Source: an uncultured cyanobacterium (lineage in GTDB: Bacteria > Cyanobacteriota > Cyanobacteriia > Cyanobacteriales > CAWCAG01). Taken from it: 64,000 nucleotides of DNA. A program made the position numbers and the translations under genes. Below, one piece after another: positions 1-9,900 of this stretch (the first letter of the stretch is position 1; each line of letters opens with the position of its first letter). Below the pieces are notes generated by a model. That model ran no database searches. It saw only the letters and a list, made by a program, of their open reading frames with translations, and was not told where the DNA came from. Location of the stretch: contig CAWCAG010000009.1 of NCBI GenBank assembly GCA_963793425.1, positions 320,001-384,000 of the forward strand, written 5' to 3'.

Positions 1-438
1 AGTATCTCGCAAACGTTCTTCTGTGGTACACTCAGCAATCCAAGCAATCTGCTTTTGGACATAGCGATCGCTATTAAGCATTTCTTGAATTACTTCTTGA
101 ATAACATCAGCTACTGCCCTTTGGCGATCGCGACTTAGGGCAACCCAAGTACGAATTTTGTTACGCAACATAACCAAAGAACCTAAACGAGTAATTAGGT
201 TACGGTAAGCTTGAGTTGGAGCGACACCAAAGTAACGTTGCTGAAGGATACGGTAACGGTAATCCATCGCTTGCCGGACAATTCTTGTTTGGTTAGGAGC
301 CAATCCTTCAAAACGTTTTAAGTCTTCGCCAAGTAACCAACGTACAATACTTTGTAATCTCTGGGGGTTTTGTTGAGGATAATCTTCCTGAAGGCGATCG
401 CGCCAAGTCTCTTCTAGTTGTGAAGCTAGCTTCGTCAT
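1..438 (-). CDS. HetZ-related protein (5' part; runs off the window)
   Basis: Not in the ORF track. Manual translation gives MTKLASQLEETWRDRLQEDYP...WLLGEDL...AMDYRYRILQQRY...LRNKIRTWVALSRDRQRAV, typical of cyanobacterial HetZ-related protein 2. AGAGGAG RBS upstream. Confidence 0.75.
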   Translation of the reverse strand, partial: MTKLASQLEETWRDRLQEDYPQQNPQRLQSIVRWLLGEDLKRFEGLAPNQTRIVRQAMDYRYRILQQRYFGVAPTQAYRNLITRLGSLVMLRNKIRTWVALSRDRQRAVADVIQEVIQEMLNSDRYVQKQIAWIAECTTEERLRDT

Positions 439-514
439 GGGATATGGCTCCTCTAATGCTGGCTTCATTTGCATAACACAATCTCCATTCTTCCCATATG
501 CTAACAATTTTGAG

Positions 515-1896
515 TTGACATCCTCCCCGTCCTAAAGGAGCGGGGATTCCCATCTAATCAAACAACGATAATTGTTTAACTTCTTGGCGGGTTGACGTTT
601 CCTTGGCTGCTGCTACAGTTGTAGTCTTACGCTTGCCTCCGCGTCCGTTTCTTGCTCCGCGTTCCCTTGGGCCTTTCGGCGGCGCGGGTTCGGTGCGCTT
701 TAAAGTCTCAGGGTGTCCCCCCGCGACCAAGATATTGACAGCAGCATTGATATCTCTATCATGGACTGCACCGCAGTTTAAGCAAGTCCACTCCCTGACA
801 GAAAGTTCTTTTTTACCACCCTTGAACCCACAATTAGAGCATTTCTGTGTGGTAGGTTCCCATCTATCTATAACCCTAAACTCTCTACCATATATCAGCG
901 CTTTAGCTTCTAGCATAGTTCTAAAACTACGCCAGCCTGAATCGCTAATGGCACGAGATAGTTTACGATTCTTGACCATTCCTGAAACATTCAAATCTTC
1001 TAAGACAATTGTTTGGTTTTCACGAATTATCTTAGTTGATAGTTGGTGTAAAAAGTCACCTCTTGTATCTTTTACTTTGGCGTGTAACTTAGCTACTCTT
1101 TTCCTGGCTTTTTCTCTCCTTTTACTTCCCTTGGTTTTCCTGGCTAGGTTACGCTGTAGTTTCCTTAACCTTTTTAATTTGCGTTTTAAAGGCTTGGGAG
1201 CTTTAACCTTGTCTCCATTACTAAATGTGGCAAAGTTTGCTATTCCTAAATCTATGCCAGTTGATTTGTCGTTATCTAGTAGTTTCTCACAGGTTATTTC
1301 AACAACAAAACTAACAAAGTACCTATCGGCACTGTCTTTGATTACTGTTACAGAACTGGGAGCAGATGGCAATTCTCTAGACCAAATTGGCTTGATGTCG
1401 CCTATCTTAGCTAAATAAACTTTATTTCCTTTGAGCTTGAATCCCCAGCGAGTAAACCTAGCAGCTTGCCTGTTGTGCCGTTTTTTGAACTTTGGATAAT
1501 TAACCTTTTTACCTTTTCTTTTGCCCTTGCAAGAATTAAAGAAGTTTTTATAGGCTTGGCTTAAATCTGCTATTGATTGCTGCAAAGGAACGTTAGAAAC
1601 GTCTTTTAACCATTCACGCTCTACAGTTTTCTTTGCTTGGGTTATGCAAGCTTTTTGTAAGTCCCCATTCTTAGGTAGTTTTTCAGATTGTTTGCAAACA
1701 GCTAAAGCATCATTCCACACAACACGGACACAACCAAATAGTTGAGCTAATGAGTGTGCTTGCTCAACTGTTGGATAGAATCTGTATCTGTATCGTGCTT
1801 TCATTCCCGAAGACTGTTCGTTCTTCTCTATTTTATAACGTGAATGCAACGAATCCGTCCTTTTAGGACGAGGCTTGAAACCTTTTGTTATTTTCG
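515..1896 (-). mobile_element. Non-autonomous IS200/IS605-family element (tnpB only, IS1341-like)
   Basis: tnpB flanked by related subterminal hairpins (CCCCGTCCTAAAGGAGCGGGG at ~525-545; CGTCCTTTTAGGACG at ~1856-1870). Right end finishes with TCAA on the minus strand. No tnpA. Left boundary is approximate. Confidence 0.8.
554..1804 (-). CDS. tnpB: RNA-guided endonuclease TnpB
   Basis: HTH start MKARYRYRFYP, RuvC motifs GIDLG / VLEDL / DRDINAA, Zn ribbon CSNCG..CLNCG, C-terminal QLSLF. Confidence 0.95.
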   Translation of the reverse strand: MKARYRYRFYPTVEQAHSLAQLFGCVRVVWNDALAVCKQSEKLPKNGDLQKACITQAKKTVEREWLKDVSNVPLQQSIADLSQAYKNFFNSCKGKRKGKKVNYPKFKKRHNRQAARFTRWGFKLKGNKVYLAKIGDIKPIWSRELPSAPSSVTVIKDSADRYFVSFVVEITCEKLLDNDKSTGIDLGIANFATFSNGDKVKAPKPLKRKLKRLRKLQRNLARKTKGSKRREKARKRVAKLHAKVKDTRGDFLHQLSTKIIRENQTIVLEDLNVSGMVKNRKLSRAISDSGWRSFRTMLEAKALIYGREFRVIDRWEPTTQKCSNCGFKGGKKELSVREWTCLNCGAVHDRDINAAVNILVAGGHPETLKRTEPAPPKGPRERGARNGRGGKRKTTTVAAAKETSTRQEVKQLSLFD

Positions 1897-2069
1897 GTCA
1901 GCTACATACTATTTGACCATTTTTTCTGAGCTGTGACAGTGATCTGAGACTGAAACCAGATAAACAGCCATCACATTTATCCTTCACTCAATTCAAAGCT
2001 ATTTTTGAAATTTTTATTTTTTCTATGCCAGCAAAAATTATACTCTCCGGAAAAATTCCCTAGCTTTAG

Positions 2070-3569
2070 TTAGGATAATCCTAAATCAACTGCCACCCGA
2101 TGGGCGCAAGCAAAGCCAGAAAAAGCTACAGCATTTAAACCCTGACCAGGAAATGTACTATCTCCGACACAATATAACCCCGGTATGGAAGTACGGTTAA
2201 AAGGCATCCCTAGTAAACCTGGTAATTTGCGCCTAGGAATGGGACCATAAGTCCCATCTTCCCTGCCAAGGAAGCGCCTGTGGGTGCGAGGAGTACCAAC
2301 TTCTTGGTAGTCTATAGCCCCTATAATTCCAGGAAAGATTTTTTCTAAACGAGAGATTAATTTATCTGCTGCTGCTTCTTTTTTCTCCTGGTATTCTTTA
2401 GTGGTTAATCCTTGCCAATCTTCAATGAAGCTAGGAGTGAAAGTATGGATGATATGATGTCCTTTTGGGGCCAAATCCGGGTCAAGTAAGGTAGGAATAG
2501 AAACGAAAATTGTTCCTTCTGCATCTTCCATCTTTTGCCAATCTTCTAAGAAAATATGGTGGCATTCTGTACCAAGGGGAAGCAACTCTGCTTCAACCCC
2601 TAAATGTAAGCTTAAAAAACTAGGGGATTTTTGGTATCTTTGTTGCCAATTTTGTTCTTTTTTAGGCATTACTTGCTGAGGTAATAATTTACCAAAAGTA
2701 TCCCAACGAGTAGCATTAGAAACGATGCGTTGAGCGTGATATTCTTCCCCCGTCGCTAACTTAACCCCGACGGCTTTCCCTTTCTCCAAAATAATTTCTT
2801 TTACCCTTGCTTTATAAAGGATTTTCCCCCCAGCTTTTTCTAACCCTTCAACTAACTTTTGGGCTATTTGTCCTACTCCCCCTTTAGGGTAATTAATGCC
2901 TCCATAATGGCGATCAGAAAAGACCATTCCGGCATTAATCATCGGGGTTTTATCTGCTGGAACCACAGACCAACAGTAACATTCCATATCAATAAACTTA
3001 AGTAATTCAGGGTCTTTAATGTAGCGACGAGCAATATCTCCAGCATTTTGAGGTAAGTATTTCACTAATCCTAAACAAGCTAAAGGATGTTGCAAAAATA
3101 CTTTGGTTAAATACCCTACTTCTTCTAAGGAGAGCAAGTCCATAACATTCAAACAGTTAAATACTTGCCAACATTGATCATAAAACTTACGAATCCCCTC
3201 TTTTTCTTGGGGGAATTTACTAATTAATTCAGCCAAAAATTTTTCATAATTTTTATAAACTTTTAATTCTAATTCATTAGGCAAATGGTAATGAATTTGG
3301 ACAGTATCAGGAATAGTTTCTAAACTAACGTTAACAGCATCTAAAGCGCGAGTTAATAAGTTCGTTGTTCCTTCTGTCCCAAAACCAAAAATCATTGATG
3401 CTCCCACATCAAAGCGATAGCCTTCTCGCTCAAAATACCCGGCACTACCTCCAGGAATTATGTATCTTTCTAAAACTAAAACCTTAGCTCCCTTGGCAGC
3501 AAGTTGAGTGGCAGTTACCAATGCACCAATACCAGAGCCAATAACAATGACATCAAAAGAGTAACTCAA
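2070..3569 (-). CDS. crtH: Carotenoid isomerase
   Basis: FAD-binding [32 protein letters not shown]. Confidence 0.93.
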   Translation of the reverse strand: MSYSFDVIVIGSGIGALVTATQLAAKGAKVLVLERYIIPGGSAGYFEREGYRFDVGASMIFGFGTEGTTNLLTRALDAVNVSLETIPDTVQIHYHLPNELELKVYKNYEKFLAELISKFPQEKEGIRKFYDQCWQVFNCLNVMDLLSLEEVGYLTKVFLQHPLACLGLVKYLPQNAGDIARRYIKDPELLKFIDMECYCWSVVPADKTPMINAGMVFSDRHYGGINYPKGGVGQIAQKLVEGLEKAGGKILYKARVKEIILEKGKAVGVKLATGEEYHAQRIVSNATRWDTFGKLLPQQVMPKKEQNWQQRYQKSPSFLSLHLGVEAELLPLGTECHHIFLEDWQKMEDAEGTIFVSIPTLLDPDLAPKGHHIIHTFTPSFIEDWQGLTTKEYQEKKEAAADKLISRLEKIFPGIIGAIDYQEVGTPRTHRRFLGREDGTYGPIPRRKLPGLLGMPFNRTSIPGLYCVGDSTFPGQGLNAVAFSGFACAHRVAVDLGLS

Positions 3570-3878
3570 TAGTTCAAATTAAATAATAATTAGCAATTAG
3601 CGATTAGCAAATAACCACTATCCTCAGTTTATCAGCAAAAAAAGCTAAATCTGTCACAATAAATTAGATAGACATTTCAACGGATGCCCTTATGCCCCAA
3701 ACACACATCAGATTTGAATCGATTGCACGTTCGGTAGAAACAACAGAATCAATTCCCTAAGAAAAAGCTCTGTTGAATTTAACCTGATTTTCCGGATTGA
3801 TGCCCAGAAAAAGAGTTAGAGAAAATAGGACTCTGAAAAGGAATTCTGGGAATATCAGTATCTTGGCCAAGGGATTGT

Positions 3879-5063
3879 ATGAATATTAATGCAGGGGTGG
3901 GAATTAGCTACCATCGAAACGTCACAGTAGCCGGACAAGAGGCTGCCCAGCAAGCGCTTACTGAAGCTGGTATAGAAAGACCAGATTTTGTGTTTATGTT
4001 TGCTTCTACAGGCTACAATCAACAAAAGCTGGTGGATATAGTTAGGGAAACTACAGGCTATGCACCCCTTAGTGGTTGTTCTGCTTGGGGGATAATTGGT
4101 AGGGACTGGGTAAGTAATTCTCACTTCGCGGTGGCAGTTATGGTGATTAGTTCTGATGAACTCCGCTGTAGCAATCATTTACAAACAGGCTTAAAAGCAG
4201 ATCCCCACAGTGTCGGGGAAGCGATCGCCCAAGATATTAAACCCCAAATTGCCTCTGATAGCCTAGGAGTATTTTTATTCGCTGATGGGATAACAATTAA
4301 TTTTGACAGCTTTGTGGCTGGTTTAGAAACGAAGCTTAATTTAGATGTATTTTTACCCCTTCTGGGGGGTGCTTCTGGTTACAACCCAAACAGGAAGAAT
4401 ACTTACCAATACTATAATGATCAGGTAGTTTCTGATGGAGTAATCGCAACTTTAATTTCTGGCCCAGTCAACCTTGCTTGGGCAGTTAACCATGGTTGTG
4501 AAACAATTGGCAATGAACGTAAAGTAACTCGCTGTGAAGGAAATATCATTTATGAAATAGATGATCAGCCTGTTTTAGAGGTATTGAAAGAATATCTTGA
4601 TGAGAAAGAAATTGAAGATTGGAATGAAGCGGTAGTTAATCTCTGTCTAGGAATTAAAGCACCAGGGTATATGCAAGATTACGATGAGTATCTCATTCGT
4701 TTTCTCCCTAGCAAAGATGATGCTACGGGTTCAGTTAGTTTACAAACAGAGATATTAGAAGGGACGAGTATTTGGATGACTCGTCGGGATAAAGATAAAA
4801 TTGTTGACGGCCTTGATAAAATGGCTAAACAGATTAATCATCAATTGGGCGATCGCCCCGGTCAACTTGTCTTTCATTTTGATTGTTTTGGTCGTGGGAG
4901 CATCTTTCATGGCGAAGAGAAATTTCAACTTCTAGAAAGACTACAGAAAAAAATTGGTAGTAATATTCCTTGGCTAGGATTTTATACGAATGGGGAAATT
5001 GCTCCTGTAGGAAGCTACAATTGCTTTCATAATTACACTCTAGTTCTGGGGGTAATTTATTAA
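3879..5063 (+). CDS. FIST N/C-domain sensory protein
   Basis: GCSAWG, LLGGASG, FDCFGRG, GFYTNGEIAP FIST motifs. Confidence 0.88.
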   Translation: MNINAGVGISYHRNVTVAGQEAAQQALTEAGIERPDFVFMFASTGYNQQKLVDIVRETTGYAPLSGCSAWGIIGRDWVSNSHFAVAVMVISSDELRCSNHLQTGLKADPHSVGEAIAQDIKPQIASDSLGVFLFADGITINFDSFVAGLETKLNLDVFLPLLGGASGYNPNRKNTYQYYNDQVVSDGVIATLISGPVNLAWAVNHGCETIGNERKVTRCEGNIIYEIDDQPVLEVLKEYLDEKEIEDWNEAVVNLCLGIKAPGYMQDYDEYLIRFLPSKDDATGSVSLQTEILEGTSIWMTRRDKDKIVDGLDKMAKQINHQLGDRPGQLVFHFDCFGRGSIFHGEEKFQLLERLQKKIGSNIPWLGFYTNGEIAPVGSYNCFHNYTLVLGVIY

Positions 5064-5168
5064 AGTAGCCTTGGTTATACTTTAATTTTAGTGTCAGTCT
5101 ACTAAGATGGTTTTTGGTCGGGAAATTATGAAACTTGAAAAGTTAGATGGTCTATTGCTCCGTTACCT

Positions 5169-6743
5169 ATGCAAGATTCAACTAAACAGTCAATCCGGTT
5201 AGAAAACAACTTGCAACAGTTAAGCGAACAAAACCAGCGTTTATCTGCCCAAGTTAAGCAATTAGTGAAAACGGAGAGTGAACTTCATGCTTCTCGAAAT
5301 AAGTTAGATTACCAGATTAGTATTTATCGACAACTTTATGAAATTGGTAAGCAGTTTAATAATACTTTTAATGTTGAAGAAATTCTCGGTTTAATGCCTC
5401 ATTTTGTTCTTTATGAGCTTAACTTTGAGCGTTGTTTAATTCTCAATTATAGTCAGGAGCAAGATTGTTTTACGCCTTTGCTCTGGGATGGTTATTATGA
5501 AGAGCAAGAAACCCAGCATCTCAAAAAATTACAGTTTGATTTAGGAAAATCAGGCATCTTTTCTCTTTTTTCCCTGGCTGAGTATTTGATGTGCGCTCCC
5601 GATTATTATCATAGTCCTAATTTACAGAAACTATGCGCTACTTTCGGTATGGAAGAATACGTTCTTTTTCCGTTAAGTATAGAACAGCAGCAGCCCAAAA
5701 TATTATTATTAGTCGGAAATACTTCAGATAACGCCCAATACCATTCCCGTGTCGAGCCAGAAGGGGATTTTATTCTTGGTTTAGCAAATTTAGTTAGTCA
5801 AGCTTCTATTGCTATTAAACAGTGTCAATTATACAAACAAGTTCACAGCAAAGCCTATGAGTTAGAAGAAACTATTAATAAACTAAGTAATGCTCAATCC
5901 CATTTAATTCAAACTGAGAAAATGTCTAGTTTAGGACAATTGGTTGCTGGCATTGCCCATGAAATTAATAATCCAGTTAATTTTATTTTTGGCAATCTTA
6001 TTTATGCTAGCGAATATACCAAAGATGTCTTGTCACTCCTACATTTATATCAAAGAAAATATCCTCAATACGATGAAGAAATTCAAGCTGAGACAGAAGA
6101 AATAGATTTAAGTTTTATTGAAGAAGACTTAGAGAGACTATTGCAATCTATGCACATGGGCGCTAGTCGCATTCGAGATATTGTGATTTCTTTACGTAAT
6201 TTTTCTCGTCTTGATGAATCTAATCTTAAGCAAGTAGATATTCATTCTGGTATTGATAGTACCTTAATGATTTTGCAAAATCGTTTTAAGGTTCAAGCTG
6301 GTTATCCTGTGATTCAAGTTGTTAAGGAGTATGATTGTTTGCCTTTGGTGGAGTGTTATGCTGGGCAACTTAACCAAGTGTTTATGAATATTCTTAATAA
6401 TGCTATTGATGCTTTAGAAAAAGCTATAGAGAAAGGAGAAATGAAGCACAAAGTTCCCACAATTCGGGTTTATACTCAAGGTATTTTTGACCAGAATGGG
6501 GAGGCAGATCGAGTGGTTATTCGTATTGTTGACAATGGGGTAGGAATGTCACCGGAAGTACAACGGAAAGTTTTCGATCCTTTCTTTACGACAAAGCCTG
6601 TAGGCAAGGGAACAGGTTTAGCTATGTCTATTAGTTTCCAGGTGGTTACGGAAAGGCATGGTGGTTTTTTGAAGTGTTCTTCTTCTGTGGGAGAAGGTAC
6701 AGAATTTACTCTGGAAATTCCTTGTAAGCAAAACTTTATTTAA
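5169..6743 (+). CDS. Sensor histidine kinase (GAF-like + HisKA + HATPase)
   Basis: AGIAHEINNP H-box, NILNNAID, DNGVG, PFFTTKPVGKGTGL. Confidence 0.92.
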   Translation: MQDSTKQSIRLENNLQQLSEQNQRLSAQVKQLVKTESELHASRNKLDYQISIYRQLYEIGKQFNNTFNVEEILGLMPHFVLYELNFERCLILNYSQEQDCFTPLLWDGYYEEQETQHLKKLQFDLGKSGIFSLFSLAEYLMCAPDYYHSPNLQKLCATFGMEEYVLFPLSIEQQQPKILLLVGNTSDNAQYHSRVEPEGDFILGLANLVSQASIAIKQCQLYKQVHSKAYELEETINKLSNAQSHLIQTEKMSSLGQLVAGIAHEINNPVNFIFGNLIYASEYTKDVLSLLHLYQRKYPQYDEEIQAETEEIDLSFIEEDLERLLQSMHMGASRIRDIVISLRNFSRLDESNLKQVDIHSGIDSTLMILQNRFKVQAGYPVIQVVKEYDCLPLVECYAGQLNQVFMNILNNAIDALEKAIEKGEMKHKVPTIRVYTQGIFDQNGEADRVVIRIVDNGVGMSPEVQRKVFDPFFTTKPVGKGTGLAMSISFQVVTERHGGFLKCSSSVGEGTEFTLEIPCKQNFI

Positions 6744-8292
6744 AGCTTTTATAATCTTGCCCTGAACCATAAAACCAACTATCAACGTAACGATGCCAAT
6801 AATATAGTTGCCGGGAACTCAAATTTTTAGCCAATGGCTTTAATACTTGACTCAGGGAATAGAGAAATGTATAAAGTCCTAAATTAAGATAATGAATTAA
6901 CCAATCTAAAAGAGTAACTATTCCTGCTTGAGGAATTACAGGAACTACCAAACCTGGTTTGGTTAAGGAGGTTAATAAAAGAGTTTGAGAAAGGGCAGAA
7001 AACTGTACAACATCTTGTAAAAAAGGCCGCAATACTTCATCCCCTAACTTATCCATATTCTCAAACACCCCACTCAATAATTCGTTGATTTGATTAGGAG
7101 CTAAATTCTGGTTAATGCCGACACTCATGGTACGTTGAAATAACCAAGTAACAGCTATATTTGGTTGGTATGGTTGCAACAAAGCCAAGGATTTATTACT
7201 CAATTGTTCCTCTTGCAAAGCTTCATTAATACCTGAACTCAACCGCTGAAGATGACGTATCATCGCCCCAAAACCACCAAAACTTACCGGAGATTGGGAA
7301 CCACTACTATCCCCAATAGGCAGAATACGATTCCAGGGCAAGCGTAAAGGGCTTTGACGATAGGCAGGGAAGAAACCAAATAAAAACCTTTCAAATTGTA
7401 ATTGCGCTAGTTCTATTCCTTGATATGCTGGTAAAAGTCGCAAATACTCATCCATCAGAAACTCTAAGCTAAAACGTTCTGGATGGGCATCTAGATAGGT
7501 AAACAAATAAGTTGTTCTCCCATCCCTAGCCGGAAAAGCTTCCCAAAAATATTGGCATTGATTAGTAATGGGAGTGAAAGAAGCAATTAAGTCTCCGGTT
7601 TTGTTTTCCGGATAACCTTTCGCACAACTCCCCACCACTAAACAAACTCCTTCTGGTTTTTCTCCCTTTCTAGCTTGTTTAGCAATAAGAGAAAAGTTAC
7701 CCATGCCATCAATAAGTAAACGGGTTTTGAATTCAATTTCTCCTGCTGCTACTAATACCCCATCAGGATGAACGGTAGTTTGGCTGAAAGAAGTTTTTTC
7801 CCATAGTTTTCCCCCATAATCAAGAAACTTTTCTTTTAAGCTTGCTAACAGAAAAACAGGATCAACACCAATATTCAGAACATCTTCTACCCAAACTTCT
7901 TGCCCTTCAAAAAAACTTACCCGCGCCGGATTATATTCTGTGGCGATCGCCTCTATTAATTCCTCTGGGGAAAGCAAATCTAATTCTAAAAATACCTCCA
8001 ATTCCTGACGAGAAATATTCCATTCCTGATCCCTCCCTCGCAAAATTCCTCGTTCAATTACTGCTACCCGCCAACCCATTTTTTGTAAGGCAGCAGCCAG
8101 GAAAATCCCCAAAGTTCCCCCACAAATAACCACATCCCAATCAACCTCTCCCAAAGCTTGATCACTTTCTACTACAACTTGAGGAATAGTAGCATTTCCT
8201 GACTTTAAACTTTGCCAAAGCCCATCTGCCCCTCGCAAGCGTTGCAGAGTATGATCAGATCGTTGGGAAAGTATCTCTTCTGTAAGGTTCAT
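6736..8292 (-). CDS. cruP: CruP-like FAD-dependent oxidoreductase / lycopene cyclase paralog
   Basis: DVVICGGTLG, GRDQEWNISR, QSPVSFGGFG motifs of the CruA/CruP family. Confidence 0.75.
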   Translation of the reverse strand: MNLTEEILSQRSDHTLQRLRGADGLWQSLKSGNATIPQVVVESDQALGEVDWDVVICGGTLGIFLAAALQKMGWRVAVIERGILRGRDQEWNISRQELEVFLELDLLSPEELIEAIATEYNPARVSFFEGQEVWVEDVLNIGVDPVFLLASLKEKFLDYGGKLWEKTSFSQTTVHPDGVLVAAGEIEFKTRLLIDGMGNFSLIAKQARKGEKPEGVCLVVGSCAKGYPENKTGDLIASFTPITNQCQYFWEAFPARDGRTTYLFTYLDAHPERFSLEFLMDEYLRLLPAYQGIELAQLQFERFLFGFFPAYRQSPLRLPWNRILPIGDSSGSQSPVSFGGFGAMIRHLQRLSSGINEALQEEQLSNKSLALLQPYQPNIAVTWLFQRTMSVGINQNLAPNQINELLSGVFENMDKLGDEVLRPFLQDVVQFSALSQTLLLTSLTKPGLVVPVIPQAGIVTLLDWLIHYLNLGLYTFLYSLSQVLKPLAKNLSSRQLYYWHRYVDSWFYGSGQDYKSFK

Positions 8293-8333
8293 TGGGGGAA
8301 AGTAGGGGAAGTAAAACAACTAGCAATTAGCAA

Positions 8334-8888
8334 CTAGCCATTACCATTATCCCTAATCAAAGCTACTCGAACTTGATTGTCTCCGAGTTCAGTTAAATCT
8401 ACTTTAATTCCTGGACCAAAAAACTTAGTAATTTTCTCTTGCTTACCTTGCCAGGTTTCCATGGAGATAAAAGGAGAATTAAAATCCATCACCAAAGTAT
8501 AAGCGCCATCAATCTCTTTTTCTTGGACACTAGTTAAAACAGGTCTTTCGTCATCAGTAGGGCTTAAACCTAATCTTTCTAAAGATTCGTCAAGATGTGC
8601 CTCTTGCCCATAACGATAGCGAGTTACATCCTTACGGACTTGGTTTTGAGTCGAAGTTGCTTGTTGTTCGCGCAATTCAACTATTTCTGGTGGAGTAGGT
8701 TCAGCATAAGGGGCAGGTTTTAACTCAGCCGCTTTGAGAGCAAGACCTCCTAACAAAATAGGAACACCATAGAAAAAACCTGCTAAGTTTAAAGTAGCAT
8801 TACCTATAGCATAGGCGTAAAATCCCACCAGAGTTAAAATTCCACCGACAATTAAACCCAAAGTACCTAAAGAAGTGCGACCTAACAT
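8334..8888 (-). CDS. DUF2854 family membrane protein
   Basis: LNLAGFFYGVPILLGGLALKAAEL, DVTRYRYGQEAHLD, KFFGPG. Confidence 0.85.
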   Translation of the reverse strand: MLGRTSLGTLGLIVGGILTLVGFYAYAIGNATLNLAGFFYGVPILLGGLALKAAELKPAPYAEPTPPEIVELREQQATSTQNQVRKDVTRYRYGQEAHLDESLERLGLSPTDDERPVLTSVQEKEIDGAYTLVMDFNSPFISMETWQGKQEKITKFFGPGIKVDLTELGDNQVRVALIRDNGNG

Positions 8889-9062
8889 AATTAAATAAAC
8901 TATCCTAAAAAAAATTGTTACTTCAGCTTAGTTGTCCTCACTGAAATAACAACTTCTAGTATATACATCTGCTGACTCAAAAAAATCCCTGACAAAAAAA
9001 GGCTTTTATTGAGTTAAGATTGCAAATTAGTAAGCTTCTTGAAACAATCTAGGGAAAAATCA

Positions 9063-9248
9063 ATGGATAAAGCCACAATCCAAGCTAAAATTCTCCAAAT
9101 AGAAAGTCGCCGCGAGTTTTTGATTAAACTATTGGAACAACCAGATTTGGGAACCTTGAGAATTGATGTTGATCAGGCTTTAGAAGAATTGGATGAGTTG
9201 ATTGAAGAGTTTCATACAGTGTTTCCTGAAGAAAACTCTTTAAATTAG
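9063..9248 (+). CDS. Conserved small cyanobacterial hypothetical protein
   Basis: LLEQPDLGTLRIDVDQALEELDELIEEF helical motif. Confidence 0.65.
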   Translation: MDKATIQAKILQIESRREFLIKLLEQPDLGTLRIDVDQALEELDELIEEFHTVFPEENSLN

Positions 9249-9290
9249 AAGCCCCTGATTAGCATGATTTTTCTTGACGAATTCAGTTGC

Positions 9291-9698
9291 TTATGCAGGC
9301 TTTTTACCGTGACCCTTTTGACCTAGCTGTTTAACTATCTCAATTAGGGTTTCAGTATTAGCATCTTTACGGCAAAAAGCATCAATACAATTGTGCTTAT
9401 TAACTTTCTCTAGTTGTTGTTCTTCACAGGAAGAATAGGCAACAATCTGAGTAGATGGTTTAATCTTTTTGATTTGTACCGAAGCACTGAAACCATCCAT
9501 AACGGGCATTTGGAGATCCAAGACAACTACGTCAGGAAAATGAGCTTTAACTAAAGCAATAGCCTCTTCTCCATTGCTGGCAAGACCAACCAACTGAATA
9601 TTTTTCTGTCTGGCTAGAGCTAGCTTGAGGGAAAAACGAGTCAGTTCATGGTCATCAACAACAAGAATACGTAAGTCTGGCTGCTGATATGACAACAT
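9291..9698 (-). CDS. Single-domain response regulator (NarL-type receiver)
   Basis: ILVVDDH, DVVVLDLQMPVMDG. Confidence 0.9.
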   Translation of the reverse strand: MLSYQQPDLRILVVDDHELTRFSLKLALARQKNIQLVGLASNGEEAIALVKAHFPDVVVLDLQMPVMDGFSASVQIKKIKPSTQIVAYSSCEEQQLEKVNKHNCIDAFCRKDANTETLIEIVKQLGQKGHGKKPA

Positions 9699-9900
9699 AA
9701 TCAGGGAATACTTAAGACAACATGGTTGATAGACATCTGTAGTGTAATACCACTTAAGTAATATTCTCCTCTACCCTTCGATTGAATATTAATAGCTAAG
9801 TAGACCTTGAAACTAAGATTGAGTTGAAATATTGTTTATTTTCTGTCAAAAATAATAAAGATTGATAGCTATGGTAACAAAAAATACTACGGATTAAGTA

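Noticed and set aside
308..553. 81-aa minus-strand ORF
   Set aside because: Spans the IS right end and overlaps the real hetZ-like frame (1-438) out of frame.
603..1418. 271-aa plus-strand ORF
   Set aside because: Antisense shadow of tnpB with no recognisable motifs.
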